From Catajapyx aquilonaris (taxonomy: Eukaryota): DNA of 64,000 nucleotides. The stretch covers positions 1-64,000 of the forward strand of contig JYFJ02002011.1 in the NCBI GenBank assembly GCA_000934665.2, in the 5' to 3' direction. Under the pieces are notes generated by a model that was not told the DNA's origin, made no database searches, and was given only the letters and a program-made list of their open reading frames with translations. This document shows positions 1 through 12,284 of this stretch, piece by piece. A program made the translations under genes and the position numbers. Each line of letters opens with the position of its first letter. Position 1 is the stretch's first letter.

Positions 1-14
1 CCCCCCCGACTCAC

Positions 15-381
15 TTGACTGCTGCCTCTGCAAAAAGCATCTTTCCGTGTCCAAGTAGTTCTTCCTGGCTTCCTCCAGCTTCTTCTTCCACATCTTCCTC
101 TCGGAAGCAGTCGTTGCCACAAGCGTGTACACCCTGTCCAGATCTTGGATTGAGAACTCGTATTCGCATTCAGCACCGCCGTTGTTGTTGTTGTACATGG
201 AAGCATCCGACATGACCATCATCTCGTTCAGGAAAATCGGCTTCTTGTAGATGCGGAAATGAGTGTTCTGGTTGCGCTCGAACGAAAACTGCCCCGATGT
301 CTGGCCCAACGGCTTGTTGGGCTGGGCCAGCAGCAGGAAGTCGTTCAGAAGAAAAGCTACAAGCTCCTTCCCACTCTTGGC
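15..381 (-). CDS. Itsn: Intersectin (long DH-PH-C2 form), PH-domain exon; gene continues beyond the left edge
   Basis: Acceptor tctctttcag| at 382, donor |gtgagt at 14. Open frame AKSGKELVAFLLNDFLLLAQPNKPLG...YKKPIFLNE...DRVYTLVATTASERKMWKKKLEEA matches the recalled human ITSN1 PH region (AKSNKELYGFLFNDFLLL...YKTPIFLNE...DRVYTLRAESINERTAW). Not listed in the ORF track. Confidence 0.9.
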
Positions 382-958
382 CTGAAAGAGACGAGAATTA
401 GAAGTTTCTCTAGCAGCGGTAGGGTTGCAACTAGGTACAGTCGGGAGCAATTTGATGGAGACGGCACGATGTAAAATTTTCATCCTGGCGAGGGTGCAAC
501 CGGTTGCACAGGTGTGTATAGTGTACACACACTGTGTGTGTACGTCCGTGATTATCTGCTGGTTTTTTTCCCTCCTCCCTTATCTACCCCTCTCGAGGAC
601 AGGCCTTCTTATCTGTCTTTGTAACCTAGCTATCTCAAAAGGGCAGGAAATGTTTCTCCAGAAATTCAAGTAAGATGCAGAAAAATGCTATTTATTTTGC
701 TGCTATTGGTAGCAAATTATACTGATTTATTCCGATCACATGCTAGTGGTGTTAAGTTCAGAGCAGATAATTATGTGCCTGTGGATCAGAGCAGACTGAC
801 TGTCAGCATTCATCAACATCTAAAACGAAGAGAATTATATATAAAGCCAATCATATTCAGGGTGTTCCAAGTGTGCAGGATGCCAAGTTATAATACGGAA
901 TGTCGCTGGAAACTATCTGTGTAGCTTGCGCCCTGATCCAGACGAGTTTAAGCGGGAT

Positions 959-1078
<120 letters not shown>

Positions 1079-1743
1079 ATCATAATAAACGAAAGGGGAA
1101 ATTCAAAACAACACATATATTTAAATTTATCAAATATGCATGCGGCAGGGGCCGAAATATTAGAATGCGAATTGCTGCAATTTGCACTCCAGAATTGTTT
1201 TCTGCACTCCAATTTTTGCATTGCAGTTTGTTCTTATATTTAATATGGCTAAACTCAGTAAGTTAAAAATTAATGACTCCAAGTAAGTCATTTGAGCTCC
1301 GGATAAAAGTCTGGACAAAAAAAATACATTATTCGACACCTGAAATGATACTGAACCATGTCGCAAAAACTACATAACAAGTCAATGCACAGTTATGGCC
1401 AACACAAAATAACAGCTGATTCACTTCAGATGAAACTACACAGACTACTCGTGTAATCTCGTAAGTCAATACATGTTTGGATTGAAATCATAAACAATTG
1501 CATCAGCAAAAAATTAAACTTAAGTGACCAGTGTGGCTTTCTCATGCCATCTAGAATATTAATACAAATCAGGGTGGCTCCATTTCAGATCAGCCACAGT
1601 GAGTGAAAAAAGGTGTCAAGTCAGAGTCATCGAGGTGATTTGGAGTCTTGGACCAACGTTGCATGTCAGGATGAAGATGTCAGTGACGGTCTCGGCAGAG
1701 GCAATAAATCCGCTGGCAACCCCATATCTGTTTGGAAAACGCC

Positions 1744-1801
<58 letters not shown>
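1744..1801. repeat. (TGA)n microsatellite
   Basis: Directly visible. Confidence 0.97.
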
Positions 1802-2011
1802 CAAGTCAATAATTGTACAAGAGGACATTCTGTTTAGCTGGCACTAACAAAAATTTGTGCGCACAATACAAAATGACTCTTCCAATTACCAGCGGTGGGC
1901 AGGGGTTCCTCTAATACACTAACCTCTAATAGAGGAACTAACTTTTTGGTTAGCTGATTAGCAATTTCGCTAACTTTGCAAATCGTTAGCAGACCAATTA
2001 GCTTCCGTTAA

Positions 2012-2181
2012 AGGCCCATACACACAGGCGGTCGACGGTTTTGGTCTTTGGTCGTGTTGACGCAGCGGACCAATCATGACTCATGTAAACAAGCTCAACA
2101 CCTGTGTTGCGCTTGTTGATTGGTCCACGGCGTCAACGCGACCAAAGACCAAGACAGTCGACTGCCTGTGTGTATGGGCCT
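2012..2181. mobile_element. PIF/Harbinger-like MITE
   Basis: About 65-bp imperfect TIRs aggcccatacacacaggc...gcctgtgtgtatgggcct; TAA TSD. Confidence 0.85.
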
Positions 2182-2476
2182 TAAGTTTAGTTTCACTAAA
2201 TGTAAGTCCGCGAACAGATGTATTGAGGACCAAGAGAGCCACCCTCTCAGATGACAACTTTTAGAGGCTGATGTTTTTGAAGGCCAATCGCCATCACTTC
2301 GAAACGATGGAGTCGGAGATGGTCCAGCAAAGGGAATTACATTTTCCGATTGTACAATGGCCAGTCAAAACAAATAATTTGTCTCTCTAGACTTGAGCAC
2401 TCTAGGTCTGTTAATTTTAATTTTTTAAAGGGTCGGAGAGTCTAAAAAAGGCTAAATTCATATAATAAAAGTTACC

Positions 2477-2757
2477 TACCGAAGCAGTGGTGGCGGAGGG
2501 GATATGGTATCCGACTACTAATCGGGAGGTCCTGGGTTCGAATCCCGGTGCCAGCAACTCTAACCGTGGTTTTCTGTGGTTTCCTACGGTCCCTCCAGGA
2601 GAATTCCGGAGTTGTTTCCTAAACTAATCGGCCACAGCCGCCTCCTTCCTTTCCTATCCCAAAAAGTGCCGTAAAAACGAAACAAAGAGTTCCAGTCAAA
2701 ACAAAAAATATCCCCCCTAAAGAGCCGCCGGCTGATAACGGGGTATGAATTATTATT
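2477..2757 (+). mobile_element. tRNA-derived SINE, family A (tRNA-Ser-like head)
   Basis: A box, B box ggttcgaatcc, (TAT)n tail, 15-bp TSD ataataaaagttacc; other copies at 9797 and 24729. Confidence 0.9.
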
Positions 2758-3101
2758 ATAATAAAAGTTACCGTTAGCTTCCACTAATATTTCTAGATGA
2801 TTAGAGTTAGCAATTCAGCGAAGTCAACTGTTTTAGTTAGCAGATTAGCTTAGGGAAGCTAAACTTTTGGTCAGCTGTGCCCACAACTGCCAATTAGCAT
2901 TAAGATGACTTGATCACCTGGTAATTTACTTTGGTCGAAGCAGTCTCATTGTCAATGGGCCTATTACAATTACTGTTTGCAGGCTTTCTTGTACGAAGAA
3001 CACTGTAAATGTTGTTTGAAAGGTGACATGAACTAAAACATAGCAGATGTGGGCCAACTAACACAATGGAGAATGCCAAAGCAATGGACAGTGTTGACAA
3101 T

Positions 3102-3255
3102 GGGGCCGTGCAGACGGGCCAAGCTTAGCCGCGGCTGGCCGCGGCCGCGACGGTTCACACCTAGCGGCCCCCTAGCAACGCCACGGCCAGGCCACGGGCC
3201 AACTTCCTGGAAGTTGGCCAGGGGCGCGGCAGCTTGGCCCGTCTGCACGGCCCCA
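3102..3255. mobile_element. GC-rich palindromic MITE, Harbinger-like
   Basis: TIRs ggggccgtgcagacgggccaagct...agcttggcccgtctgcacggcccc; 3-bp TSD AAT. Confidence 0.8.
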
Positions 3256-4187
3256 ATGCATCACTGAACATTGCAAACTTGAAACAGCCTTGTTTCTCTA
3301 TGAAGGGCATTCCAAAATTATTTACAATATACTTTTTCCCCCCACAAATACAGGGCCCATGCAGATAGGCAGATAAGCACACAATTTCGATAGAATCCTC
3401 CAGTAACCACTTTTTGGTGGGGTGGCCCACCCACCCCTGGACAACTGCTGGCAGTCAACAATGGGTAATTATCTAGTTTAGGTGGGCGCAACGTACAGCG
3501 TTCGCGGTGGTACTTAATGTTCAAGTAACTGCTTAGGGACCTAGTGCTGACTTTCCCGAGTGGCAGAAAATCAATTTGAGCTCAAACAACCGTGTAGAAC
3601 AGAAATTAGACATTTTAACAATACACGCAGCATTCGATTTTCCGATTCCACTTTGCGATGGCCATGTTGTATACCAATGGTAGCACACTGATCGATACTA
3701 TTGCGGGTTAGGTGAGTTCCCTGCCGATACGCTACTGTATTTTGTGTCGATACGGTACTGTATATTATAACGATACGGTTCCGTAGATTCCACGTACCTT
3801 ATTGCGAGTTGGGTGGGTACAAAAGGCAGCTGCTTGCAAGAAATGTTGCATCCGCTCGGATAGGCACGTTTAAGCATAATTCGGCTAAATAGCCTACAAA
3901 ATGATGGGTCCTTTGGCCATATCTGTGTAATAAGATGTCAAATTGGCGTAAGGGTACATGCTGACCAAGGAATAGGCCTACAAATTTGTAACCGGAATCC
4001 CTGTATACTTTCATAGCTACTCTCCTAGGCATGTATCTGCTGAAGAATAGGTGTGTATCCTCTGAAGAAAGGGCTGTGTTCGCAAGAAAGGGAGGTAGGT
4101 TAGGTTAGGTTATGTGGGTACAGCATACCCCTTAGGATAGGGGCTGTATGCCCTGAAGATAGGGTTGTATACGCTGAAGATAGGACT

Positions 4188-4471
4188 TTAGTGGGGGCTT
4201 AACGTCGGCCTATTTCTGCCGCTAGGCTCAACACCGACGACATGGGGTGGTCCTCCGCCTGGAAATTTGGCCACTCTGGGGATCTTTAACGTGCACTCGC
4301 ACAATGTCACAAGCACACGAGACCGACGGCTTTACTTCCCCTCCGAAGGAAGGCGCACTCTCACTTTTCTACCACCGGGAGAAAAGTCACTGACTACAGC
4401 CGGGTTCGAACCCACAACTTTGGGACCAGAGGCGAGCGCGCTAACCACTAGTCCACCGGCGCCGGCACTCG
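4188..4471 (-). mobile_element. tRNA-derived SINE inside the Merlin intron
   Basis: Minus-strand A/B boxes (gtggttagcgcgc, ggttcgaaccc); core gcacgttaaagatccc recalled from invertebrate Ruka/Meta-type SINEs; 12-bp TSD gaagataggact. Confidence 0.85.
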
Positions 4472-4834
4472 GAAGATAGGACTGTATATGCTGAAGACAG
4501 CACTGTATCCGCTGAAGATAGGGCTGTATCCGCATGGAATTACCTAACCCAACCTTCAGCGGATACAGACCCTATCCTAAGTGGTACGCTGTACCAACAC
4601 AACCTGACATAACCTCCTTTCCTTGCGGATGCAGCCCTATCTTCAGCAGATACACGCCTAAGAGAGTAGGTATGGCTAGTATAAGTATGGCTAGTATCCT
4701 ACGCAGTTATTCGGTACAGGAAACTGAAGGGCCTACCTTGGTACTTTAGCATGAACCTCCCTCCAAGTTCTCTCTATATTTTGTGTGTTCCCCAGTGTCT
4801 GGATCCACGAAGTTGACTGAGTGGTTCACTTTAA

Positions 4835-5855
4835 TGTGGAAATGAAGCGACTTGCTAATCAAATGAGAGTCTAGAATTGGAATGTTAATAAGTGCTAAAA
4901 TCAGGGAAACATACGCAACCGATGCAGCAGTAAATGCTGTTCAATCCTATGCATTCCATTCGAATCTGCGTTTTAAACTCGATTTAATATGGGCCTATTA
5001 CCGGCTGCAAGTTTTTGTGCGCAGGCGCAATTTTCACGACTGCCAACTTAAACATGGTAATTGGAGGTGTGCTTAATATTTTTTATTTTTGATGGAAATC
5101 GATTTTATTTGGTCGTAATTACGAGGTCCCAATTTGTCATGGCATTTTTAAAAGTTTAGTTCCGAAAGGGGAGCCTGTAGCTCTTCATTTGTGTCGGATT
5201 TGGAACACGTTCAGTTGGTACGCGTGTGACAGATAGAAGCGGCAACGCAGCAAAGGTCCGGGCCAATTATCGCGTAGCAGTATGTGACATCATTGCCAGG
5301 TGGATTCGAATCATTCGATTATTATATTATAATTATAACTATATAAACCAATATAACGGTTCTGACGTCTGACAAACACCCCCGCCAAACGAAAATCCTG
5401 TGTGAGCCATTGTAAAAACCATCATACTAACTTGCACTCATATTTCGCGGTCGTATGCAACCGTATCTCGCTACCGTAAACAACGCTGTGTTGCCACTGC
5501 CTCACTCGAGTGGAGCAATGTGACGTCACTGGATAATTTTCGGATCGCTTTTCAGCAATACAAATTGAAAGAGCACGGTGAGGTAGGTTTTTCTTTTTGC
5601 GGTTGCGATCAGTATATAATTCCCGACATATTCAACATTAAATTTTAAAATTCTCATTTACTTATGATTTTTTTGTGGACTATTGAAAATTCTGCCATAA
5701 GGGCCCATGTTAAATCGCGAACTTCTGAGCCCTCCTGTAAGCTAATTTGCACGGTGATGTATATTTTTTTGCACCATTGATAAGAGGAATAAAACTGTGT
5801 AACATATGTTTTTTTCATAAAATTCTCATTAAGTTACTCTGGCTTCATTTCCACC
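4835..5855. mobile_element. TTAA-specific TIR element (Kolobok-like) splitting the Merlin transposase
   Basis: TIR gtggaaatgaagc...gcttcatttccac between TTAA sites; removing it restores EHLKVNHS. Confidence 0.8.
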
Positions 5856-6096
5856 TTAAGGTGCTCGAACCCTTCGTTTCCCAGACAGTCATATGCTCTC
5901 CAAAAGTCACTCATGGTGGTGAGTGCTACCTGGTGCTATGCACTGTTGCACTAGAAATCCCTCCATTTCGAAATGTCACAGAGATGGTATCGAGTATCGA
6001 CAGGTGCAACCATTGGTATACGTAATCGATGGCCGCCGCGAGGAGCAATGAAATCTGTATATATGTCATGTTAAAATGTCTATAACTTCAGTTCTA

Positions 6097-7187
6097 CGAG
6101 GTGTGATCGAAAAGTTCCCGGACTGTGTTCATAAAAACATTAATATTTACTTTAAGTCCTAATTTCCACTGCCACCTTCCAAGTAGTCACCTTGGGCACG
6201 TATACAACAATTCCAGCTAATTTCCCATTTTTGGAAGCACCAAAAAAAAATTGGCAAACAGTAGTGTGTTCAACACCTGCTGCGATTTTGCTTAGACCTC
6301 TTTAGTGGAGTCAAAATGCCTCCTTTTCTACCCAAATTTCATTTTAGGGAAGAGGTAGCAATCACGTGGTTCCAGGACAAACGAATATGCAGGGTGGGGA
6401 ACAGTGGTCATGTTATTTTTTATCAGGAAGTCCCTGACTACGCGTGAGGTGTGTGCAGGCGGCATTGTCATGGTGCAGCAACCAGTCTTATGTTCTTCCA
6501 CATCTCCGGCCATTTGAGGCTAAATCGTCTCAAACCATCGCAGTAAGACTTGCCGTTGACAGTTTTACCAGGAGGGAGAAACTCCATATGCACAATTCCT
6601 AAAATGTCAAAGAAAATGATCAGCATTGAGTTGATTTTGCCGCGAACTTGGCGCGCCACCTTTGAAACTGTTAAACCACTTATATGTTATCACTTGTCTT
6701 ACAACTTGCTCATCAAAAGCCTTGTTCAGCATTCGGTTGGTTGCATCCGAAGTTTTGTTGAGCTGGAAGCAAAATTTAATGCAAATCTTTTGCTCCCTAA
6801 AGGCCGGTATCCACGTACAAGAATCTCGCATACGAGGAGCCGCGAGGAGCCAACTGCGCATGCCCAGATACGAGAAACTTGGAAAAAGTAGAAAATTTAA
6901 GTTTCTCGTATCTGGGCATGCGCAGTTAGCTCCTCGCGGCTCCTCGTATGCGAGATTCTCGTACGTGGATACCGGCCTTAACATCAGCCAATTCGAAAAA
7001 TCTCAGAAGCACAAGAACATGGTGTCAAGAAAACTGCCGAAACTCGGAAACATGTGCACCTATGAAGACGATATTTTTCAGACTAATAGATGAAAGGTGC
7101 ACCTAGCGCCCCCTACCGTCACAAGTTCGTAGCTCCACTGGTTTGCACGGTATATCGACAGTCCGGGAACTTTTTGATCACACCTCG
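6097..7187 (-). mobile_element. Internally deleted mariner inserted in the Merlin right TIR
   Basis: 30-bp TIR cgaggtgtgatc(g/a)aaaagttcccggactgt; TA TSD; fragments EQKICIKFCFQLNK, SMLIIFFDILGIVHMEFLPPGKTVN, HPAYS...YLFPKMK. Confidence 0.92.
6801..6978. mobile_element. Harbinger-like MITE nested in the mariner
   Basis: About 80-bp near-perfect TIRs aggccggtatccacgtac...; TAA TSD. Confidence 0.9.
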
Positions 7188-8329
7188 TACATGGTTGTTT
7201 GCGCTCAAATTGCTTTTCCGCCACTCTGGAAAGTCAGCACTCAGTCCCTATGCACCTAGTTGAACAGTAAGTAATACCACGAATGCTGTACATCGCGCCC
7301 ACCTAAACTGGATAATTACCCTCCAGGGGCCTGGCCCCCAGGGACTCTCACCTGTTCAGATCCATGAAAAAATCCCTTTGCCAACGCCACTCAGAGGTCA
7401 TTGTTGACGTGAGTGCTCCCTCACCACCAAACAGTGTTTGCTGGAGGGTGTCCACACCCGTGGTGCCAGTGCATTCGGCAGTTCCGGGAGGATTCTATAC
7501 CTTATCTGCCGACCTGCACTGGCCATCATGCCCACTGGCCCTGTATTTGAAGCAAAAAATATCAATTGTAAATCATTTGGGAAAGGCCCTCGTACAATTG
7601 AGGTGTTGGTAAGGTCTTAATAAGTAACAAAAAAAAAACCTCATGTTCCTTGTTTTCGTGAAAAAAATGGGTAGGCCTAATTGATAACCTCCATATTTCT
7701 TTTGCTTGACACGCTAGAGGTGTGAAATTAGTGCGATATGATGTCTTATACAGTCAAGAAACGGAATTTACCGGCAATATCTTCATTACCAAAGAACTCA
7801 TCAAACAATTATCAAAACTTACCAGAGCTGCAGCCTACAATGCAAATTATCCATGTGCGTCTCAGCCATCTTTGATAGGTCTATGCTCTATAAGTAACGT
7901 CTCTTACGGCTCACTACCTACACCTATGCCCCGACAGATGTCGGGCATGTTCCGTGTATTTTCTAAAGAATGTGACTATTTCCGCGCGCTGCCTTCGAAA
8001 ATGCTCCGTAAATATAAAATCGGAAAAAATGTGTATTGCAAGCACGGTCTGTCTTGTCATTGCACACCGCAACTAATAGAAATTAAGCAACTTTCAAATG
8101 TTGACAATCATTTAGGGACACCCTGTATATATTATATAAATATAAATACATATGGCTACATTTATAACTTGCATTTATGAAACCCAGTGAAAACTTGTGT
8201 AGAGCATTACAAATTACAATCCCCCTCCCCTCTCCCCACAGGTCCCTTTCTTTCCATTGTGTTAAGTTTTATAGAGAAAATTCTTAAATTAACATGCATG
8301 AACAACTGCAGTGGAATTAGATGCTACTT

Positions 8330-9230
8330 ACTAGAAAATAAAATTAATTTTTGTACAAATTCCCTCCCAATATCTCAAGAAGTCCATGTGTCCCGTCAAT
8401 ACATGACAATCAAGGTTAGTGGCAGCATCCGAAGAAAGCATGAAGTTTCTCTGCAGTTGAGAGAAATTCCCTTTCCGAACCTCCTGTTTTGAATTTATGA
8501 AGGTTCTATTATGATAATCTAAGGCCGTCTCAGTTTATGCAGGGTATTCAAACAGTGTAATGTTACTTAATGCATGCGAGTACTCGCATGGCTTGAAAAT
8601 TCCCCCAAACCGATATGGCTATGGATTATCAGAAGGTACTTTATGTTCTGGTCCTAAATTGTAAGAAAGCTATTCAGTGCCCCTAATTTTATTTGATTCT
8701 GGATGAGTTGTGAAGAATCTGGTAATCTCTTTGGAAGGACATTTTTCAATTTATTTAATGTGATTTTATTGTTAATTTTAATTGTTTTGCCAATGAATGA
8801 GTTAGCACTTGAATTCGGTATGATTAATGTGTTCTTTTGACTAGTTTCAGAATTTGCAGCCCTCTGGGTAATATATACGGTAAATTATTTTCCAATAAAA
8901 TTGGATGCACGTTTGTTGAATATTACCCCCATTCTATATTTTTGCGAATTCTGTGATCCTGTGCAAATACCTTAGCAATACTTGTAAAATTGCCATTTGA
9001 GTCAGGTCTGGTAAGAACATCTTCAAAAGTCATTGTTCATTATTTGTATGATTTATTTGCTACCACCAGTGACTGTTTATACAATATCGTCATTGCGAAG
9101 ATATTGAATTCATCATAATTTATAGTGTGTTCTGGTGGAATAAATATTGTTGTGAACTATGTTCATAGAGTGGAAGTCTCCAATAAAAATGCACTGAATT
9201 CTGAAATAGTCAATATTATTAGCACGATTC
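8330..9230 (-). mobile_element. Decayed non-LTR retrotransposon fragment (endonuclease/linker region)
   Basis: Minus-strand IFIGDF resembles the AP-endonuclease GDFN motif; many stops; boundaries approximate. Confidence 0.45.
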
Positions 9231-9238
9231 TGCACACT

Positions 9239-9387
9239 GGTATCAACAGTCCAAAAAGAATTGTCCCTCGCGTCGAGCGGGCAGCCACGCATCAGGATGA
9301 AAGCAACCAGTTAACTGGTTCCTTTCATCCTGATGCGTGGCTGCCCGCTCGACGCGATGGGACAATTCTTTTTGGACTGTTGATACC
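9239..9387. mobile_element. Almost fully palindromic MITE
   Basis: About 75-bp arms meeting at gttaac; 3-bp TSD ACT. Confidence 0.85.
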
Positions 9388-9796
9388 ACTCCACTCAGGC
9401 CACGTACTACCGTAACATCTAACATGCAGAAAAAACAGAATTAATCACATAAAACATTGTTGAGTGTGCAACCTGGCTGGTGTTCGCCGTTGTTCGGGTA
9501 ATAATTGACTATGGCCAATAATGTGCATGTCAGCAGGCTTGGCTCCAAATTGATTTTAGAAAGACTTGCATACAGTATTTTATTGTGTCCTAACTGGTGA
9601 TAAGTACCAAACACTTGCAAAGTTACAATAAGAACGTTTGCAAAATATCTGACTTCCATTCTAACCAGTCGTCCATTGGCAGCTGCTGCTTGCGTGTAAG
9701 GCGGTAAGGATCCACCTCCCCAAGATACACGGAAGACATTGACATATCCCGGGTATGTCAAGATGGTTTTTGGAATTTTCTGCAGTACCGTAATGT

Positions 9797-10031
9797 TACC
9801 GAAGCAGGTTGGCATAGTGGATAAGGCGTCCGACTGCTAATCGGGAGGTCCTGGGTTCGAATCCCGGGGCCGGCAACCTTGACCGTGGTTTTCTGTGGTT
9901 TTCCACGGTCTTTCTAGGATAATTCCGGGGTTTCTTCCGTATAATAGGCCACAGCCGCTTCCTTCCTTCCCTATCCTTGGAGGTTGAAAGGCAATGCTGG
10001 GCCAACCTCCTTAAATATATCAATTATAAAA
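9797..10031 (+). mobile_element. tRNA-derived SINE, family A
   Basis: gactgctaatcgggaggtcctgggttcgaatcc; 13-bp TSD agtaccgtaatgt. Confidence 0.9.
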
Positions 10032-10582
10032 AGTACCGTAATGTCAGTGTGATTATAATATACGGTATATTTTAAAATCTTAGAAGCATCTAATCTCTCA
10101 TATCATCATAATTCTCTCAGTTCTGTTTGGCATTACGTGTCGTAATGCCAAACAGAACTGAGAGAATTATTAATAATTCATTTACAAATCCTAAAACCTT
10201 GACTTCACTTTAATAGTGATCAACTTGAAGCGGTCATGGCATCTCTCCAGTAGACATGATATAACTAAAACACTATGTTCTTGGTGTACACCAAGACGAC
10301 GTTTTCATTCTCATTGCTCATTGCCAGTGTAATTAAGAGACATGAGCTATCAAGTAATGTGAAGCATGCTACTCCAGTACCACTGAGAGATGTCGGCTGG
10401 AACGAACAACACATCTCCCACATCTTTGGTATGCGTATGAGAGTCATTACCAAGAATTGCACCATGCGACGTTTTCAGTGGAAGAGGCCTTGAACAATGT
10501 TTGCGCTATCCATGGAGTTGTACGCTGTAACAGCTGGAAAAATTCTGCAAAAATAGCATAACATTATCGACACGTTGTAGTA

Positions 10583-10691
10583 CAGGGTGACCCAAAAGTG
10601 ACACATAGGTAATAATATCATATTGTTGGTTGACCAGAACGTCAACCAACAATGTTATTACCTATGTGTCCAGAACTTTTGGATCACCCTG
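10583..10691. mobile_element. Small Tc1/mariner-type MITE
   Basis: cagggtga...tcaccctg TIRs; TA TSD. Confidence 0.8.
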
Positions 10692-10976
10692 TACATGGCA
10701 GAGGATTGAAGGATGTAACCTGAATAAGGGAAAAAATTAGACTTGACTCAGTCCTGTCGTATGACTCAGTCCTGTTGTAAAAAGTAGAAGCCACTGAATT
10801 TTTATCATCCAAACCAGCCACATCTGATGAGCTCACCCGCCAGACAAATTCTTTCCCAGGCGTTAAGGTCAATTGTCTCTCCAGACTTGTGCTATCAGCA
10901 TGCAGTCAGTACGTAGTGGTACAATCAGGCGCAAACAATTCCTGCTTACTTGCAAGTTTCGGCGAAACACATCTCA

Positions 10977-11552
10977 ATGGAGCAGTCTGTCAAGCCTGGT
11001 CAGAACGCAAAGCTGAAGATGAGCTCCACCAAAAAGGCTGGGATGCTGATCAAGAAGTCAAACCCAACTGAGATGGCCCTGCTAAAGACAAAGTGTGAGT
11101 GCAATGTTCATTACTCGCTGGGGCTGGAATTAATTTCTTGTTAAGTGCATATACTTATCGGTTACGACATTTTTGTAGCTTTCCAAGACAATTCTGGAAC
11201 CCAACAGGCCGAGCCTCCAGCCTCCAGGCCGTTCATCACGCCAAGAGCTCGGATCTGCATCCACTACCCGGACGTCCCAGTCCGAGCCTTGCACAAAGTC
11301 GGATTCCTGCCCTGCACTGGGAAGAAAGTGTGCGTCCAGATGTGCTACCTGATGCTCCTGGTGTCCCTCACCTGCATTGGCTACTTCGTCGGAACCCACA
11401 TCCTGGGAGAGGGCATTGGCGGTCTGGTGGGTCCATCCGTCGGAGTGCTGTCCGGATGCTTGCTGTGGTTCTACATGCGAGTCAGGATGGCCATTGTGGA
11501 CGAAGTAGTGGATCGCAATTATTACAGCCAATGCAATTCATGCCAAAATTAA
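10977..11552 (+). CDS. Predicted 163-aa two-transmembrane protein, unknown family (exons 10977-11094, 11179-11552)
   Basis: ATG at 10977; phase-1 intron gtgagt...ttttgtag (84 nt) joins the frames; GC-rich third positions in exon 2; hydrophobic segments MCYLMLLVSLTCIGYFVG and GIGGLVGPSVGVLSGCLLWFYM. Confidence 0.6.
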
Positions 11553-12176
11553 TTTTTCACCTGCAACAACTACAGTACTGCAGTCTGCAAGTTACATACT
11601 TGGGGTACAGGGGTAAAGTATAGAAGATTGCTCTACAGGCTATGAGGAAGATACTCAAGGTCCGCAAACTTCTCACTACAATCATAGCAAACTTCAATAA
11701 AAAAATTTCCTGAAACAAATCATTTTTTTGTTGAGGCAGAATAATTTATTGAACCTCAGTATTTGATATCACGAGAAGTTGTTTTGTACATCATTCTGTT
11801 GACATCTTATATTCCAGTCCCCGCCGTGGCATATGTTTACATGCTAATTGCCTGCGAATCTTGCATGTATATGCATACAGTTCAAGTGCCCAACATGAAA
11901 TTAATGTTGAAGTAGGAATGAAAATAAAAAGCCTGATTTACTGCATTTTGTTGCATAATTGGGATGATTTTGATTGTAATGGATTTTCTGGCCATCAACA
12001 AATCATTTATGTGGACAAGTATGCAAGTACAGTAATATTGCTGTTATCAATGCTGAGTATTTGAAGGATTGGTCAAGTTTAATGGATGTAATCACTTTTT
12101 CCGGGAGCTGCCTTTGATAATGCGACAATACGCGGGGATCGAGGAGAATAACCGAGTCTCTTATAGCGGAGGCTGT

Positions 12177-12284
12177 CGAGGGGTTATTCACTAAGGGTAG
12201 TCCGTGTACACCTTCATGAGTAGTCCGAGGGGTAGTCCGAGCAGTAGTCCAGGTATGCAAAAAATGTAAGTGAATAACCCCTTG
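12177..12284. mobile_element. P-element-like MITE
   Basis: TIR c(g/a)aggggttattcact; 8-bp TSD gaggctgt; internal gtagtcc repeats. Confidence 0.8.

Larger units (their letters stand above)
1890..2889. mobile_element. Non-autonomous hAT-like element hosting a MITE and a SINE
   Basis: TIRs cagcggtgggca...tgcccacaactg; 8-bp TSD ccaattac/ccaattag (7/8). Confidence 0.75.
3799..5953 (-). pseudogene. Merlin/ISXO2-like transposase C-terminal remnant (pieces 5953-5856, 4830-4737, 3922-3799)
   Basis: IAPGST..MSDFWRAYDCLGNEGFEHLK + VNHSVNFVDPDTGEHT, (frameshift) NIERTWREVHAKVPR, phase-2 GT-AG intron 4736-3923, YGQRTHHFVGYLAE. These match the ISXO2 SDxWxAY / VNHS..FVDP.TG.HT motifs as recalled. Confidence 0.85.
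3464..7320 (-). mobile_element. Degenerate Merlin (IS1595/ISXO2-type) DNA transposon with nested insertions
   Basis: Long imperfect TIRs ggtaattatctagtttaggtgggcgc...gcgcccacctaaactggataattacc; transposase remnants inside. No TSD found. Confidence 0.8.

Noticed and set aside
9797..9875. tRNA-Ser(GCT)-like sequence and other tRNA-like heads as true tRNA genes
   Set aside because: Imperfect stems, shared non-tRNA bodies, tails and TSDs indicate SINEs.
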